DNA of 64,000 nucleotides, taken from NCBI GenBank assembly GCA_038253355.1, contig JBBSHF010000001.1:933-64932 (forward strand). Direction: 5' to 3'. Below, piece after piece: positions 28,169 through 37,193 of the stretch. This DNA is from Candidatus Limnocylindria bacterium. GTDB lineage: Bacteria; Chloroflexota; Limnocylindria; QHBO01. A model generated the notes under the pieces. It searched no databases. It was not told where the DNA came from and was given only the letters and a program-made list of their open reading frames with translations. A program made the translations under genes and the position numbers. Position 1 is the stretch's first letter. Each line of letters begins with the position of its first letter.

Positions 28169-30065
28169 ATATCAACCGCGCCGCGGGCCACGCCCGCAGC
28201 GTCGCCGCAGCGCGCCGCCCGCAGGCGCGGTCGCCACCGAAACCCCGGTTGCCGTTCGTCAGCAGGGCCCGGTCGAGCTGCCCAGCTCGATCGCGGTCAA
28301 GGACCTGGCCACCGCGCTGTCGGTGAGCCATGCCGACATCATCAAGGAGCTGATCCGCAACGGGATCTTCGCCACCATCAACCAGACGATCGACTTCGAC
28401 ACCGCATCGCTGGTCGCTGCCGAGCTCGGCTTCGAGGCGGTGGAAGGGGGCAGCGCCGAGCGTGCCGCCGCCCAGGCGGCCGCGCAGCAGGAGATCGTGG
28501 CACCCGGCTCCGACGAGGAGGGCGCCGGCAAGCCGGTGCTGTGGGCCGACGAGGACGCTGCCGATCTCGAGACACGTGCGCCGATCGTGACCGTCATGGG
28601 CCATGTCGACCACGGCAAGACCAGCCTGCTCGACGCGGTGCGCAGCACCGCGGTGGCGACCGGTGAGCGCGGCGGGATCACCCAGCACATAGGTGCCTCG
28701 GAGATCACGCACAACGACAGGCGGATCGTCTTCCTGGACACGCCCGGCCACGAGGCCTTCACCGCGATGCGCGCGCGGGGCGCGCAGGTGACCGATATCG
28801 CGGTCATCGTGGTGGCCGCCGACGACGGGGTCATGCCCCAGACCCGCGAGGCCATCGACCACGTCCGTGCGGCGCGCGTGCCGATGATCGTGGCGCTCAA
28901 CAAGATCGACAAGCCTGATGCCAACCCGGATCGCGTCAAGCAGGAGCTGGCCGACATCGGCGTCCTGATCGAGGAGTACGGCGGCGACGTGATCGCCGTG
29001 CCGGTGAGCGCCAAGCAGGGGACCGGCCTCGACACGCTGATGGAGATGATCCTGCTCGTGGCGGACCTGCAGGATCTGAAAGCGAACCCGAACCGGCCGG
29101 CGATCGGCACGATCGTCGAGTCGAAGGTCGACAAGGGCCGCGGCAGTGTGGCGACCGTGCTCGTCCAGACGGGTACGCTGCACACTGGCGACATCGTGGT
29201 CGTGGGTCGCACCTTCGGCCGCATCCGCGCGCTGCAGAACGCGGCCGGCAAGCGGGTCAAGACCGCTGAGCCAGCGAGCGCGGTCGAGATCCTTGGCCTG
29301 AACGAGGTTCCCCAGGCTGGCGATATCCTGCGCGTGGTGTCCGACGAGAAGACGGCGCGCGACCTGGCCGAGACCGCAGCCCGCGCGCCGGGCAACGGCG
29401 ACGGCAAGACCGCCTTCAGCCTCGAGGACATCAGCGCCCAGATCCAGGCCAGCGAGGTCAAGGAACTGCGCGTGGTGCTCAAGACCGACGTGCAGGGCTC
29501 GCTCGGCGCGATCCGGCATTCCCTCGAGCGCCTGAACAATCCGGAGGTGCGGATCAACATCCTGCGCGAGGGCGCCGGCGACATCAACGAGTCGGACATC
29601 CTGCTCGCGTCGGCCTCCGACGCGATCGTGATCGGCTTCAACACCAAGCTCGATCCAGGTGCGCAGCGGTCGGTCGACGCGTCCGGTGTGGACGTGCGTC
29701 TGTACGACGTCATCTACAAGCTGACCGATGACATTGGCGCGGCGCTCACCGGCATGCTCGCACCCAAGATGGTCGAGCACGTCGAGGGCCACGCCGAGGT
29801 GCGGATGGTCATCAAGGCGGGCAAGGCCGGGTTCGTGGCCGGCTCGTACGTCACCGATGGACGCATGCTGCGCGGCGCTGGCGCCCGCCTGCTCCGTGGC
29901 GGCGCGCTCATCGAGGAGACGCGGATCGACTCGCTGAAGCGCTTCAAGGACGACGTCCGTGAGGTGGCCACCGGGTTCGAGTGCGGCATCAGCCTGGCCA
30001 GCGGCGAGGTGGCGGAGGGCGACGTCATCGAGTGCTTCCAGGTGGTCGCGGAGCAGCCGGCCTGA
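28155..30065 (+). CDS. infB: Translation initiation factor IF-2
   Basis: GTPase G1 [28 protein letters not shown], plus the C-terminal beta-barrel domains. Confidence 0.9.
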   Translation: MPPRRYQPRRGPRPQRRRSAPPAGAVATETPVAVRQQGPVELPSSIAVKDLATALSVSHADIIKELIRNGIFATINQTIDFDTASLVAAELGFEAVEGGSAERAAAQAAAQQEIVAPGSDEEGAGKPVLWADEDAADLETRAPIVTVMGHVDHGKTSLLDAVRSTAVATGERGGITQHIGASEITHNDRRIVFLDTPGHEAFTAMRARGAQVTDIAVIVVAADDGVMPQTREAIDHVRAARVPMIVALNKIDKPDANPDRVKQELADIGVLIEEYGGDVIAVPVSAKQGTGLDTLMEMILLVADLQDLKANPNRPAIGTIVESKVDKGRGSVATVLVQTGTLHTGDIVVVGRTFGRIRALQNAAGKRVKTAEPASAVEILGLNEVPQAGDILRVVSDEKTARDLAETAARAPGNGDGKTAFSLEDISAQIQASEVKELRVVLKTDVQGSLGAIRHSLERLNNPEVRINILREGAGDINESDILLASASDAIVIGFNTKLDPGAQRSVDASGVDVRLYDVIYKLTDDIGAALTGMLAPKMVEHVEGHAEVRMVIKAGKAGFVAGSYVTDGRMLRGAGARLLRGGALIEETRIDSLKRFKDDVREVATGFECGISLASGEVAEGDVIECFQVVAEQPA

Positions 30066-30083
30066 GGGCTGGCCCAGAGACCG

Positions 30084-30470
30084 ATGACCCAGCGCACGCG
30101 TCGGCTGGATAGCCAGATCCAGCAGGAGCTCATGGAGCTGCTGCAGCGCGAGATGAAGGATCCGCGCATCGGCTTCGCGACGATCACCCGCGTCGAGACG
30201 GCACGCGACCTGAGTTCGGCGCGGGTCTGGGTCAGCGTGCTCGGCAGCGAGGAGGAGCGCGAGCAGAGCATCGCGGCGCTCGTCGCTGCCGCTCCCTGGC
30301 TGCGCCGCCGCCTCGCCAGCCGGTTGACGCTGCGCAACGTGCCGCAGCTGGTCATGCGTCGCGACGAATCGATCGAGGCCGGCGACCGGGTCCTGCGCCT
30401 GCTGCGCGAGATCGAAGACGGCGATCATCCCGCGGACCCCGGTGACGACGATGCGGGGGCGCGGCCGTGA
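30084..30470 (+). CDS. rbfA: Ribosome-binding factor A
   Basis: RRLDSQIQQELMELLQREMKDPRIGFATITRVETARDLSSARVWVSVLG. Confidence 0.85.
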   Translation: MTQRTRRLDSQIQQELMELLQREMKDPRIGFATITRVETARDLSSARVWVSVLGSEEEREQSIAALVAAAPWLRRRLASRLTLRNVPQLVMRRDESIEAGDRVLRLLREIEDGDHPADPGDDDAGARP

Positions 30471-31450
30471 GCATGGCCGAGGTCGGGCGCCTCATCCGTG
30501 ACGCGCGGCGAGTGACCGCCATCTGCCATGAGAACCCCGATGCCGACACGCTCGGCGCGGGGATGGCCATTCGCCTCGCCGCCGAACGGCTGGGCAAGCA
30601 GGCCGAGGTGGTCTGCGCCGATCCGCCACCTCCGTTCCTGTCGTTCCTGCCGCGCATCGACGAGGTGCGCAGCGCGCCGGGCCTCGAGCCGGATGTCGCG
30701 GTGATCGTGGATGCCGGCGACCTGTCGCGCACCGGCAACATCGCTACCCAGCACGCCGAGTGGCTGGCGCGGGCCCAGATCGTGAACATCGACCATCACG
30801 TTTCCAACCCCGGCTTCGGAATTGCGCAGCTCATTGACCCCGATGCCGCGGCAACCTGTGAGCTGGTCGCGCTGCTGCTGCCCACGCTGGGTGTCCCGCT
30901 CGACGAGGAGATGGCGACCCTGCTGATGGCGGGGATTGTGCAGGATACGCACACCTTCGCCCATCCAAACGCCACGCCACGGACGCTGCGCGTGTCTGCC
31001 GAGCTGGTCGAGGCCGGCGCACCGCTGTCGGCGATCAACCGCGCCGTCTACGCCGACAAGCCGTACGCAACTCTTGCGCTGTGGGGGCTGATGCTGGCCA
31101 GCATCGGTCAGCGCTGCGACGGGCGGATCGTGTACGCCTCGATGACCGGCGCCATGCTTGCCCAGACCGGATCGCAACAGAACGCCTCGGAGGGCTTCGT
31201 GGACCTGCTCGGCTCGACCCGTGCGGCAGATGTGACGGTCCTGCTCAAGGAGGCCGAGCCGAGCGTAACCCGCGTGAGCGTGCGCACCACTCAGCGGGCC
31301 GATGCAGTGGCGATCACCGGCGCGTTCGGTGGCGGCGGCCACGCGCGCGCGGCCGGCTGCACGCTCGAGTCGCCGATCGACGAGGCGCGTGAGCGAGTCC
31401 TGGCCGAATGCGGGCGTGAGCTCGCCAGGGCCGATGCTCGGGGTCGTTAA
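30467..31450 (+). CDS. nrnA: DHH-family bifunctional oligoribonuclease/pAp phosphatase (NrnA-like nanoRNase)
   Basis: DHH motifs: HENPDADTLGAG, DAGD, NIDHHVSN; plus a DHHA1 GGGH motif. Confidence 0.8.
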   Translation: MSMAEVGRLIRDARRVTAICHENPDADTLGAGMAIRLAAERLGKQAEVVCADPPPPFLSFLPRIDEVRSAPGLEPDVAVIVDAGDLSRTGNIATQHAEWLARAQIVNIDHHVSNPGFGIAQLIDPDAAATCELVALLLPTLGVPLDEEMATLLMAGIVQDTHTFAHPNATPRTLRVSAELVEAGAPLSAINRAVYADKPYATLALWGLMLASIGQRCDGRIVYASMTGAMLAQTGSQQNASEGFVDLLGSTRAADVTVLLKEAEPSVTRVSVRTTQRADAVAITGAFGGGGHARAAGCTLESPIDEARERVLAECGRELARADARGR

Positions 31451-32306
31451 CCTCGACAAGCCGGTTGGGCCGACCTCTCACGACATGGTCGGCCTGCTGC
31501 GGCGGCTGACCGGCATGCGGCGCATTGGTCACGCTGGCACGCTCGACCCGTTGGCCTCCGGCGTGCTGCCGATCCTGTTGGGGCCGGCCACCCGCCTGAG
31601 CGAGGAGCTGACCGGCGGCGCCAAGCGCTACGACGCGGTGATCCGCCTGGGCTGGCGTTCGGTGACCGATGATGCGCAGGGCCCGCTCGAGCGGGGCTGC
31701 GCACCGCCAGCGGACGCGGAGGTGGAAGCGGCGCTGCGGGGCTTCGTGGGCACCTTCGAGCAGCGGCCGCCGGCCTTTTCGGCGCGCAAGCAGGACGGTC
31801 GTACGGGGCACCGCGCCGCCCGGGCGGGGGAGCCGCTTGACCTGCCGTCGCGGCCGGTCAGCATCTCGGCGATCGACGTGCTGGGCTTTGAGGCGGGGGA
31901 TGACCGGCTCGACGTGCGCATCGACCTGCGCTGCGGCGCGGGCACCTACGTGCGCTCGCTGGCGCGTGATTTGGGCGACCAGCTCGGCTGCGGCGGGCAT
32001 CTGCACGCGTTGCGACGCACCGAGGCGGCCGGGCTGCTGGTCAGCGATGCGGTCACGCCGGCGCGGCTGGAGGCGCTCGCCGCTGACGGTCGGCTCGAGG
32101 AGGCGATCCTCCCCGTCGCCGAGGTGCTGCCGCTGCCGCAGCTGCGCCTCGATGTGTCCGATGCCGAACGATTCCTGCACGGCCTGGTGCTCAGCATCCG
32201 TGCCGAGGGGAACGGTCGGCACGCGGTGTTCGCCGAGCGCAGGTTCCTGGGGGTCGGCACGTTGCAGGCGGGACTCCTTCAGCCTGACAAGGTCCTTGCC
32301 GAATGA
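31434..32306 (+). CDS. truB: tRNA pseudouridine55 synthase TruB
   Basis: GVVNLDKPVGPTSHD; GHAGTLDPLASGVLPIL (catalytic Asp). Confidence 0.9.
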   Translation: MLGVVNLDKPVGPTSHDMVGLLRRLTGMRRIGHAGTLDPLASGVLPILLGPATRLSEELTGGAKRYDAVIRLGWRSVTDDAQGPLERGCAPPADAEVEAALRGFVGTFEQRPPAFSARKQDGRTGHRAARAGEPLDLPSRPVSISAIDVLGFEAGDDRLDVRIDLRCGAGTYVRSLARDLGDQLGCGGHLHALRRTEAAGLLVSDAVTPARLEALAADGRLEEAILPVAEVLPLPQLRLDVSDAERFLHGLVLSIRAEGNGRHAVFAERRFLGVGTLQAGLLQPDKVLAE

Positions 32307-32316
32307 CGGTCGCCCA

Positions 32317-33270
32317 ATGAGGATCGATGCGGTCGCGCGCGCCGTGGCGCTCGCCGACCTGCCATCGATCGGTCCGGCCGTGCTCAGCATGGGCGTCTTC
32401 GACGGCGTGCACCGTGGCCACCAGCGGCTGCTCGCCGCCACGCGCACCAGGGCCGCCGCGACCGGGTCAGCGAGCGTCGCGTTGGTCTTCGACCCGCCGC
32501 CCGACGAGGTGCTGCGGCCTGGCGTCCACGTTCCGCGCCTCGCGCCGCTGGCCGTCACCCTGGAACGGATCCTGGCCATGGGCATCGATCACGCCATCGC
32601 GCTGCGCTTCGGCGACGCGCTGCGCGCCCTGTCTGCCGAGGAGTTCGTGACGGCGCTTGCGCCGGCGATCGATCTGCGCGGACTGCTGATGACCCCGGAG
32701 AGTGCCTTCGGCCGCGGCCGCGGCGGGACGCTGGAGGGGATGCGGCAGCTCGGGGCTGAGCGCGGCTTCGAGGTGACCGCGCTCGAGCGGCTGTCGGTGG
32801 ACGGGGCACCGATCTCGTCGTCGCGGATCCGGAATGCCATCGCCGAGGGCGACGTCGTGGGCGCAGGCGAACTGCTCGGGCGGCCGCCGCTGCTCATCGG
32901 TACCGTCGTGACCGGGGATCGCCGCGGCCGCGAACTGGGATTTCCGACCGCCAACCTCGCGTTCGCCTATCGGCCGGCCATGCCACCCCTGGGCATCTAC
33001 GTCGGCAGCGCCGCGGTGCCGGAGCGCCAGGTCGGGCCGATGCATCCGGCGCTGGTCAGCATCGGGGTGCGCCCGACCTTCCACGATGAGGGGCGTGTCC
33101 TGGCTGAGGTCTTCCTGCTCGACTTCGATGGCGACCTGTACGGCACACAGCTGGAGGTGCAGCTCCTGACGCGGCTGCGCGAGGAGCGCCGCTTCGACAA
33201 CGCCGAATCCCTGGTGGCCCAGATGCGACGCGACGAGACCGATGCGCGCGCCTTCCTGAAGCTGAAATGA
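32317..33270 (+). CDS. ribF: Bifunctional riboflavin kinase / FMN adenylyltransferase
   Basis: GVFDGVHRGHQ nucleotidyltransferase motif and a C-terminal riboflavin kinase domain (PTANL, GIYV). Confidence 0.9.
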   Translation: MRIDAVARAVALADLPSIGPAVLSMGVFDGVHRGHQRLLAATRTRAAATGSASVALVFDPPPDEVLRPGVHVPRLAPLAVTLERILAMGIDHAIALRFGDALRALSAEEFVTALAPAIDLRGLLMTPESAFGRGRGGTLEGMRQLGAERGFEVTALERLSVDGAPISSSRIRNAIAEGDVVGAGELLGRPPLLIGTVVTGDRRGRELGFPTANLAFAYRPAMPPLGIYVGSAAVPERQVGPMHPALVSIGVRPTFHDEGRVLAEVFLLDFDGDLYGTQLEVQLLTRLREERRFDNAESLVAQMRRDETDARAFLKLK

Positions 33271-33326
33271 GCCCGTCGGCAGCGCTCCGCACGGAAAGCG
33301 GTCAGATGGCGGCGTTCCGGCCATTC

Positions 33327-33335
33327 TGCTAGCAT
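33327..33335 (+). promoter_or_regulatory. rpsO promoter candidate: extended -10 TGcTAGCAT
   Basis: TGn + TAnnnT hexamer, 33 nt upstream of the rpsO GTG start. Confidence 0.35.
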
Positions 33336-33367
33336 GCGTCGGTTAGGAAACGAATGTGGAGGAACGT

Positions 33368-33637
33368 GTGCCGCTCGCCCAGGACGCGAAGAGCGCGATC
33401 GTCGATGACTACGCCACGCATGATGGCGATACCGGTTCCCCGGAGGTGCAGATCGCGCTTCTCACCGAGCGGATCCAGTCGCTGACGGAGCACCTGCGCA
33501 CTTACCAGAACGACAACCATTCGCGTCGTGGTCTGCTCAAGCTCGTCGGCCAGCGCCGGCGCCTCTTGGCCTACCTGGTCCGCAATGACGTGGACCGTTA
33601 TCGCGCGGTGATCGGTCGACTGGGGCTGCGTCGCTAA
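33368..33637 (+). CDS. rpsO: 30S ribosomal protein S15
   Basis: GTG start (GGAGG RBS at 33358-33362) gives the S15-length N-terminus. [20 protein letters not shown]; [13 protein letters not shown]. Confidence 0.9.
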   Translation: MPLAQDAKSAIVDDYATHDGDTGSPEVQIALLTERIQSLTEHLRTYQNDNHSRRGLLKLVGQRRRLLAYLVRNDVDRYRAVIGRLGLRR

Positions 33638-33841
33638 TCAACCCCGCCTGCTCACGACCCAAGCGCCGTCCAGGCCCTGGGTTTCGCCATTTCGGCATCG
33701 AACCGCCGAACCGAGCGCAGCTCCCGCGCAATTACCCGAGGAGCAGCGTCCGTCAGACCGCCGCCCGCCCCCTTGCCGAGCAAGGAAGGTGCACGGGCCG
33801 TGCGCCGGACGTGAACCACCATCAGATCATTGGAGGAATCA

Positions 33842-36454
33842 GTGGCAATCAACGTTGAGGCCGAGATCGGCAACCAGAGCTTCTCACTCGAGGCTGGCAG
33901 GCTTGCCGAACAGGCCGATGGAGCGGTGCTGGTGCGCTACGGCGACACCATGGTGCTGGCAACTGCCGTGGCGAGCAAAGAGCCGCGTGAGGGGACGGAC
34001 TTCTTCCCGCTCACGATCGATTACGAGGAGCGGATGTACGCCGCGGGCAAGATCCCGGGCGGCTTCATCAAGCGCGAGTCGCGCCCATCGGAGGCGGCCA
34101 TCCTGGCCATGCGCCTCACCGACCGGCCGATCCGGCCCCTCTTCCCGAAGGGCTACCGCAACGACGTGCAGGTCGTCCTGACCGTCCTCTCCGCCGACCA
34201 GGAGAACGATCCGGACATCCTCGCGCTCAATGGCGCGTCGGCGGCGCTCTCGATCAGCAACATCCCGTTCATGGGACCCGTCGGCGCCGTGCGCGTCGGC
34301 TACATCGATGGCCGGTTCGTGACCAACCCGACGACCAGCCAGTTGGCCGAGAGCCAGCTCGACCTCGTGGTGGCGGGTACCCGCGACGCGGTGATGATGG
34401 TCGAGGCCGGCGCCAAGATCCTGCCCGAGGCGGTCATGGCCGACGCCATCGACTACGGGCAGCGCGAGCTGCAGAAGAGCATCGACCTGCAGGAAAAGCT
34501 GGTCGCCACGGCCGGGACGCCCAAGAAGCTGCCGTTCATCGGTCCGAAGGCGGACTCGGTGGCCAAGCTGGGCAAGGCCCTGGGCAGCGGCGCGGCAGAC
34601 TTCGTGGTCTTCGACCTGGAGACAACCGCCATGAAGCCGGGGAACGGCTACATCGTCGACATCGCCGCACTGCGCGTGCGTGACGGCCAGGTGGTCGATC
34701 GCTTCGAGTCGCTCGTGAATCCGGGCAGCTCGATCGTCGGGCACCAGGTGCACGGCATCTCGGACGAGGACGTCTCGAACGCGCCGACGGCCGCCGAGAT
34801 CCTGCCGAAATTCGCCGAGTGGGTTGGCGACGCGGCACTGGTCGCGCACAACGTCAGCTTCGATCTGCCATTCGTGCTGCGTCACCTGCCGACCGACATC
34901 AAGTGGGAGCCCAGCGCGGTCTACGACACGCTGGAGCTGGCGTACCAGCTCTATCCGGAAGCCGGAAGCTACAAGCTCGCCGACCTCGTCCGCTTCGTGT
35001 TCGGGCGCGAGCACCAGGCGGCGCATCGTGCCATGCCAGACGCGCAGGCCACGGCCGACCTGTTCATCGACCTGACCAAGGGCCTGTCCGGGCGCCTGGA
35101 CGCGGTGCGCGGCGATATCGCCGCCGAGATCCGCCGCGGACGCGAGGGTTACAACCGCTCCGAACAGGGGCAGCGCATGGAGGATATCCGGCGCCGCCAC
35201 GGCATCGGCAAGGACCTGATGGACGTGCTGACCAAGGGCACCGTGCGTGAGCTGGTGCTCTCCGAGGGGGTGCGTCTCGACGGTCGCGACACAACCACCA
35301 TCCGCCCCATCAGCGTGGAGGTCGGCATCCTGCCGCGGACCCACGGCTCGGGCCTCTTCACCCGCGGACAGACGCAGGTCCTGTCGATCGCCACGCTCGG
35401 CCCGTCGAGCGACGTGCAGCGCCTCGACACCATCTCGCCCGAGACGGAGAAGCGCTACATCCACCACTACAACATGCCGCCCTACTCGGTCGGCGAGGCC
35501 AAGTTCATGCGCGGCCCCGGCCGTCGCGAGATCGGGCATGGTGCCCTCGCCGAGCGGGCGCTGCTGCCGGTCCTGCCAACCGTCGACGAGTTCCCGTACG
35601 TCATCCGCGTGGTGAGCGAGGCGGTGAGCAGCAACGGCTCGACCTCGATGGCGTCCACCTGCGGCAGCACGCTTGCCCTGATGGACGCCGGCGTGCCCAT
35701 CAAGGCGCCGGTGGGCGGCGTGGCGATGGGCCTCATCAGCGACCAGGCCACTGGCCGCCATGCGGTGCTCACCGACATCAGCGGCAAGGAAGACGCCTAC
35801 GGCGACATGGACTTCAAGGTGACCGGCACGTCCGAGGGCGTCACGGCGCTGCAGATGGACATCAAGACCGCCGGCATCACGCCGGAGATCATGCGCAATG
35901 CGCTCGAGCAGGCTCGCCTGGGTCGGCTTTTCATCCTGGACAAGATGACCGCCACGATCAGCGCCAGCCGCAGTGAGCTGAGCCAGTACGCGCCGCGGAT
36001 CATCACCATCAAGATCCCGATCGACAAGATCCGCGACGTCATCGGCGCGGGTGGCAAGGTGATTCGCCAGATCACCGCTGAGACCGGCACCCAGATCAAC
36101 GTCGAGGACGACGGCACGATCCAGATCGCGTCGACCTCGAGCGAGGCCTCCGACAAGGCAGTGCGCTGGATCGAGGGCCTGACGCGTGACGTCGAGGTTG
36201 GCAAGGAGTACCTCGGCAAGGTGACCCGGATCATGAACTTCGGTGCCTTCGTCGAGATCCTGCCCGGCAAGGAGGGACTGGTGCACATCAGCCAGCTCGC
36301 CGATTACCGGGTGCCGCGCGTCGAGGACGTGGTCAGCATCGGCGACGAGCTGATGGTGGTCGTGACCGAGATCGACCGGATGGGCCGCGTCAACCTGTCG
36401 CGGCGCGCCGCCATGGAGCGTCACATGGCCAAGGCGGGCGCGGGCCAGTCCTAG
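33842..36454 (+). CDS. pnp: Polyribonucleotide nucleotidyltransferase (PNPase), with a DnaQ/RNase T-like DEDDh 3'-5' exonuclease domain inserted in the inter-core helical domain
   Basis: Both RNase PH cores are present ([26 protein letters not shown]...; [10 protein letters not shown]...[35 protein letters not shown]), followed by KH and S1 domains. Start is GTG 33842 after the GGAGGAA RBS. Length is ~870 aa against a typical ~710 aa. Confidence 0.9.
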   Translation: MAINVEAEIGNQSFSLEAGRLAEQADGAVLVRYGDTMVLATAVASKEPREGTDFFPLTIDYEERMYAAGKIPGGFIKRESRPSEAAILAMRLTDRPIRPLFPKGYRNDVQVVLTVLSADQENDPDILALNGASAALSISNIPFMGPVGAVRVGYIDGRFVTNPTTSQLAESQLDLVVAGTRDAVMMVEAGAKILPEAVMADAIDYGQRELQKSIDLQEKLVATAGTPKKLPFIGPKADSVAKLGKALGSGAADFVVFDLETTAMKPGNGYIVDIAALRVRDGQVVDRFESLVNPGSSIVGHQVHGISDEDVSNAPTAAEILPKFAEWVGDAALVAHNVSFDLPFVLRHLPTDIKWEPSAVYDTLELAYQLYPEAGSYKLADLVRFVFGREHQAAHRAMPDAQATADLFIDLTKGLSGRLDAVRGDIAAEIRRGREGYNRSEQGQRMEDIRRRHGIGKDLMDVLTKGTVRELVLSEGVRLDGRDTTTIRPISVEVGILPRTHGSGLFTRGQTQVLSIATLGPSSDVQRLDTISPETEKRYIHHYNMPPYSVGEAKFMRGPGRREIGHGALAERALLPVLPTVDEFPYVIRVVSEAVSSNGSTSMASTCGSTLALMDAGVPIKAPVGGVAMGLISDQATGRHAVLTDISGKEDAYGDMDFKVTGTSEGVTALQMDIKTAGITPEIMRNALEQARLGRLFILDKMTATISASRSELSQYAPRIITIKIPIDKIRDVIGAGGKVIRQITAETGTQINVEDDGTIQIASTSSEASDKAVRWIEGLTRDVEVGKEYLGKVTRIMNFGAFVEILPGKEGLVHISQLADYRVPRVEDVVSIGDELMVVVTEIDRMGRVNLSRRAAMERHMAKAGAGQS
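34583..35075 (+). other. In-frame DEDDh (DnaQ-like / RNase T-Orn-like) exonuclease domain embedded in pnp (residues ~252-415 in the frame numbered from TTG 33830)
   Basis: Exo [11 protein letters not shown] (D262, E264), Exo [15 protein letters not shown] (D345), Exo [17 protein letters not shown] (H399, D404). Flanked by the PNPase helical-domain sequence on both sides. Confidence 0.8.
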
Positions 36455-36461
36455 ACCGATG

Positions 36462-36487
36462 GGTGCGGCGCCATGCGGCGCCGCACC
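36462..36487 (+). terminator. Perfect 11-bp GC-rich hairpin (GGTGCGGCGCC-atgc-GGCGCCGCACC), 8 nt after the pnp stop codon
   Basis: Read directly. No U-tract, so this is either a GC-type terminator or an RNase III / 3'-protective stem. Confidence 0.4.
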
Positions 36488-36520
36488 ACGCAACCGCACC
36501 ACGGAGGGCGGCACAGCTCG

Positions 36521-37186
36521 ATGAGCACCGAGGCGCTGCTCGAAAGGGTCGCCGAGGAGGCTCGCGACTGCACGCGCTGCGCCCTCAGCGCACGACGAAC
36601 CCGCGCGGTCCCCGGTGAGGGCAACCCGCTCTCCTATGTGCTGCTGGTCGGCGAGGGTCCTGGCGCGCGCGAGGACGCAACCGGGCGTCCGTTCGTGGGG
36701 CCGGCGGGCCAGGTGCTCGACGAGCTGCTGCACAGCATCGGCTGGGCGAGGTCGGACGTGTTCATCACCAACGTGGTGAAATGCCGGCCGCCCGGTAACC
36801 GCGACCCGGAGCCCGGCGAGGTTGCCGCCTGCGGGGCGTTCCTGGAACGACAGGAGGCCGCGCTGGATCCCGCGGTGATCGTCACCCTTGGGCGCGTGTC
36901 GCTGCAGGCCTACCTGCCCGGCTCGCGGATTTCATCGGTGCATGGTCAGGTTCGAAGATCGGGCGGACGCTACATCTTTCCGATGTACCATCCTGCGGCG
37001 GCGTTGCACCAGGCTTCGTTGCGGGAGACGCTCTTCCGCGATATCGGCAGGCTGCCCGCGGCGCTGCATGACGCCCGACAGGCCATGGGGGCCGAGCGGG
37101 TGGCATCGGTCAAGACAATCCAGGTCGAGGCATCGTCCGCCGCCGAACAACACCCCGACGACCAGCAACAGCTGACTCTCTTCTAG
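36521..37186 (+). CDS. udg: Uracil-DNA glycosylase, family 4 (4Fe-4S type)
   Basis: CTRCALS...GEGPGAREDATGRPFVGPAGQVLDELL...NVVKCRPPGNRDPEPGEVAACGAFL family-4 motifs. Start at the conserved M after GGAGGG. Confidence 0.8.
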   Translation: MSTEALLERVAEEARDCTRCALSARRTRAVPGEGNPLSYVLLVGEGPGAREDATGRPFVGPAGQVLDELLHSIGWARSDVFITNVVKCRPPGNRDPEPGEVAACGAFLERQEAALDPAVIVTLGRVSLQAYLPGSRISSVHGQVRRSGGRYIFPMYHPAAALHQASLRETLFRDIGRLPAALHDARQAMGAERVASVKTIQVEASSAAEQHPDDQQQLTLF

Positions 37187-37193
37187 GAGCACC

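Noticed and set aside
27738-30428. 896-codon minus-strand ORF antisense to infB
   Set aside because: Shadow ORF of low-complexity composition; infB on the plus strand is unambiguous.
33638-33841. rpsO terminator / pnp leader RNase III hairpin, as in E. coli
   Set aside because: Only short, imperfect stems (CCAGG-c-CCTGG; GCACG-ggc-CGTGC) without U-tracts. Too weak to call from sequence alone.
33884-36733. 949-codon minus-strand ORF antisense to pnp/udg
   Set aside because: Shadow ORF; it spans two plus-strand genes and an intergenic hairpin, which is implausible for a real gene.
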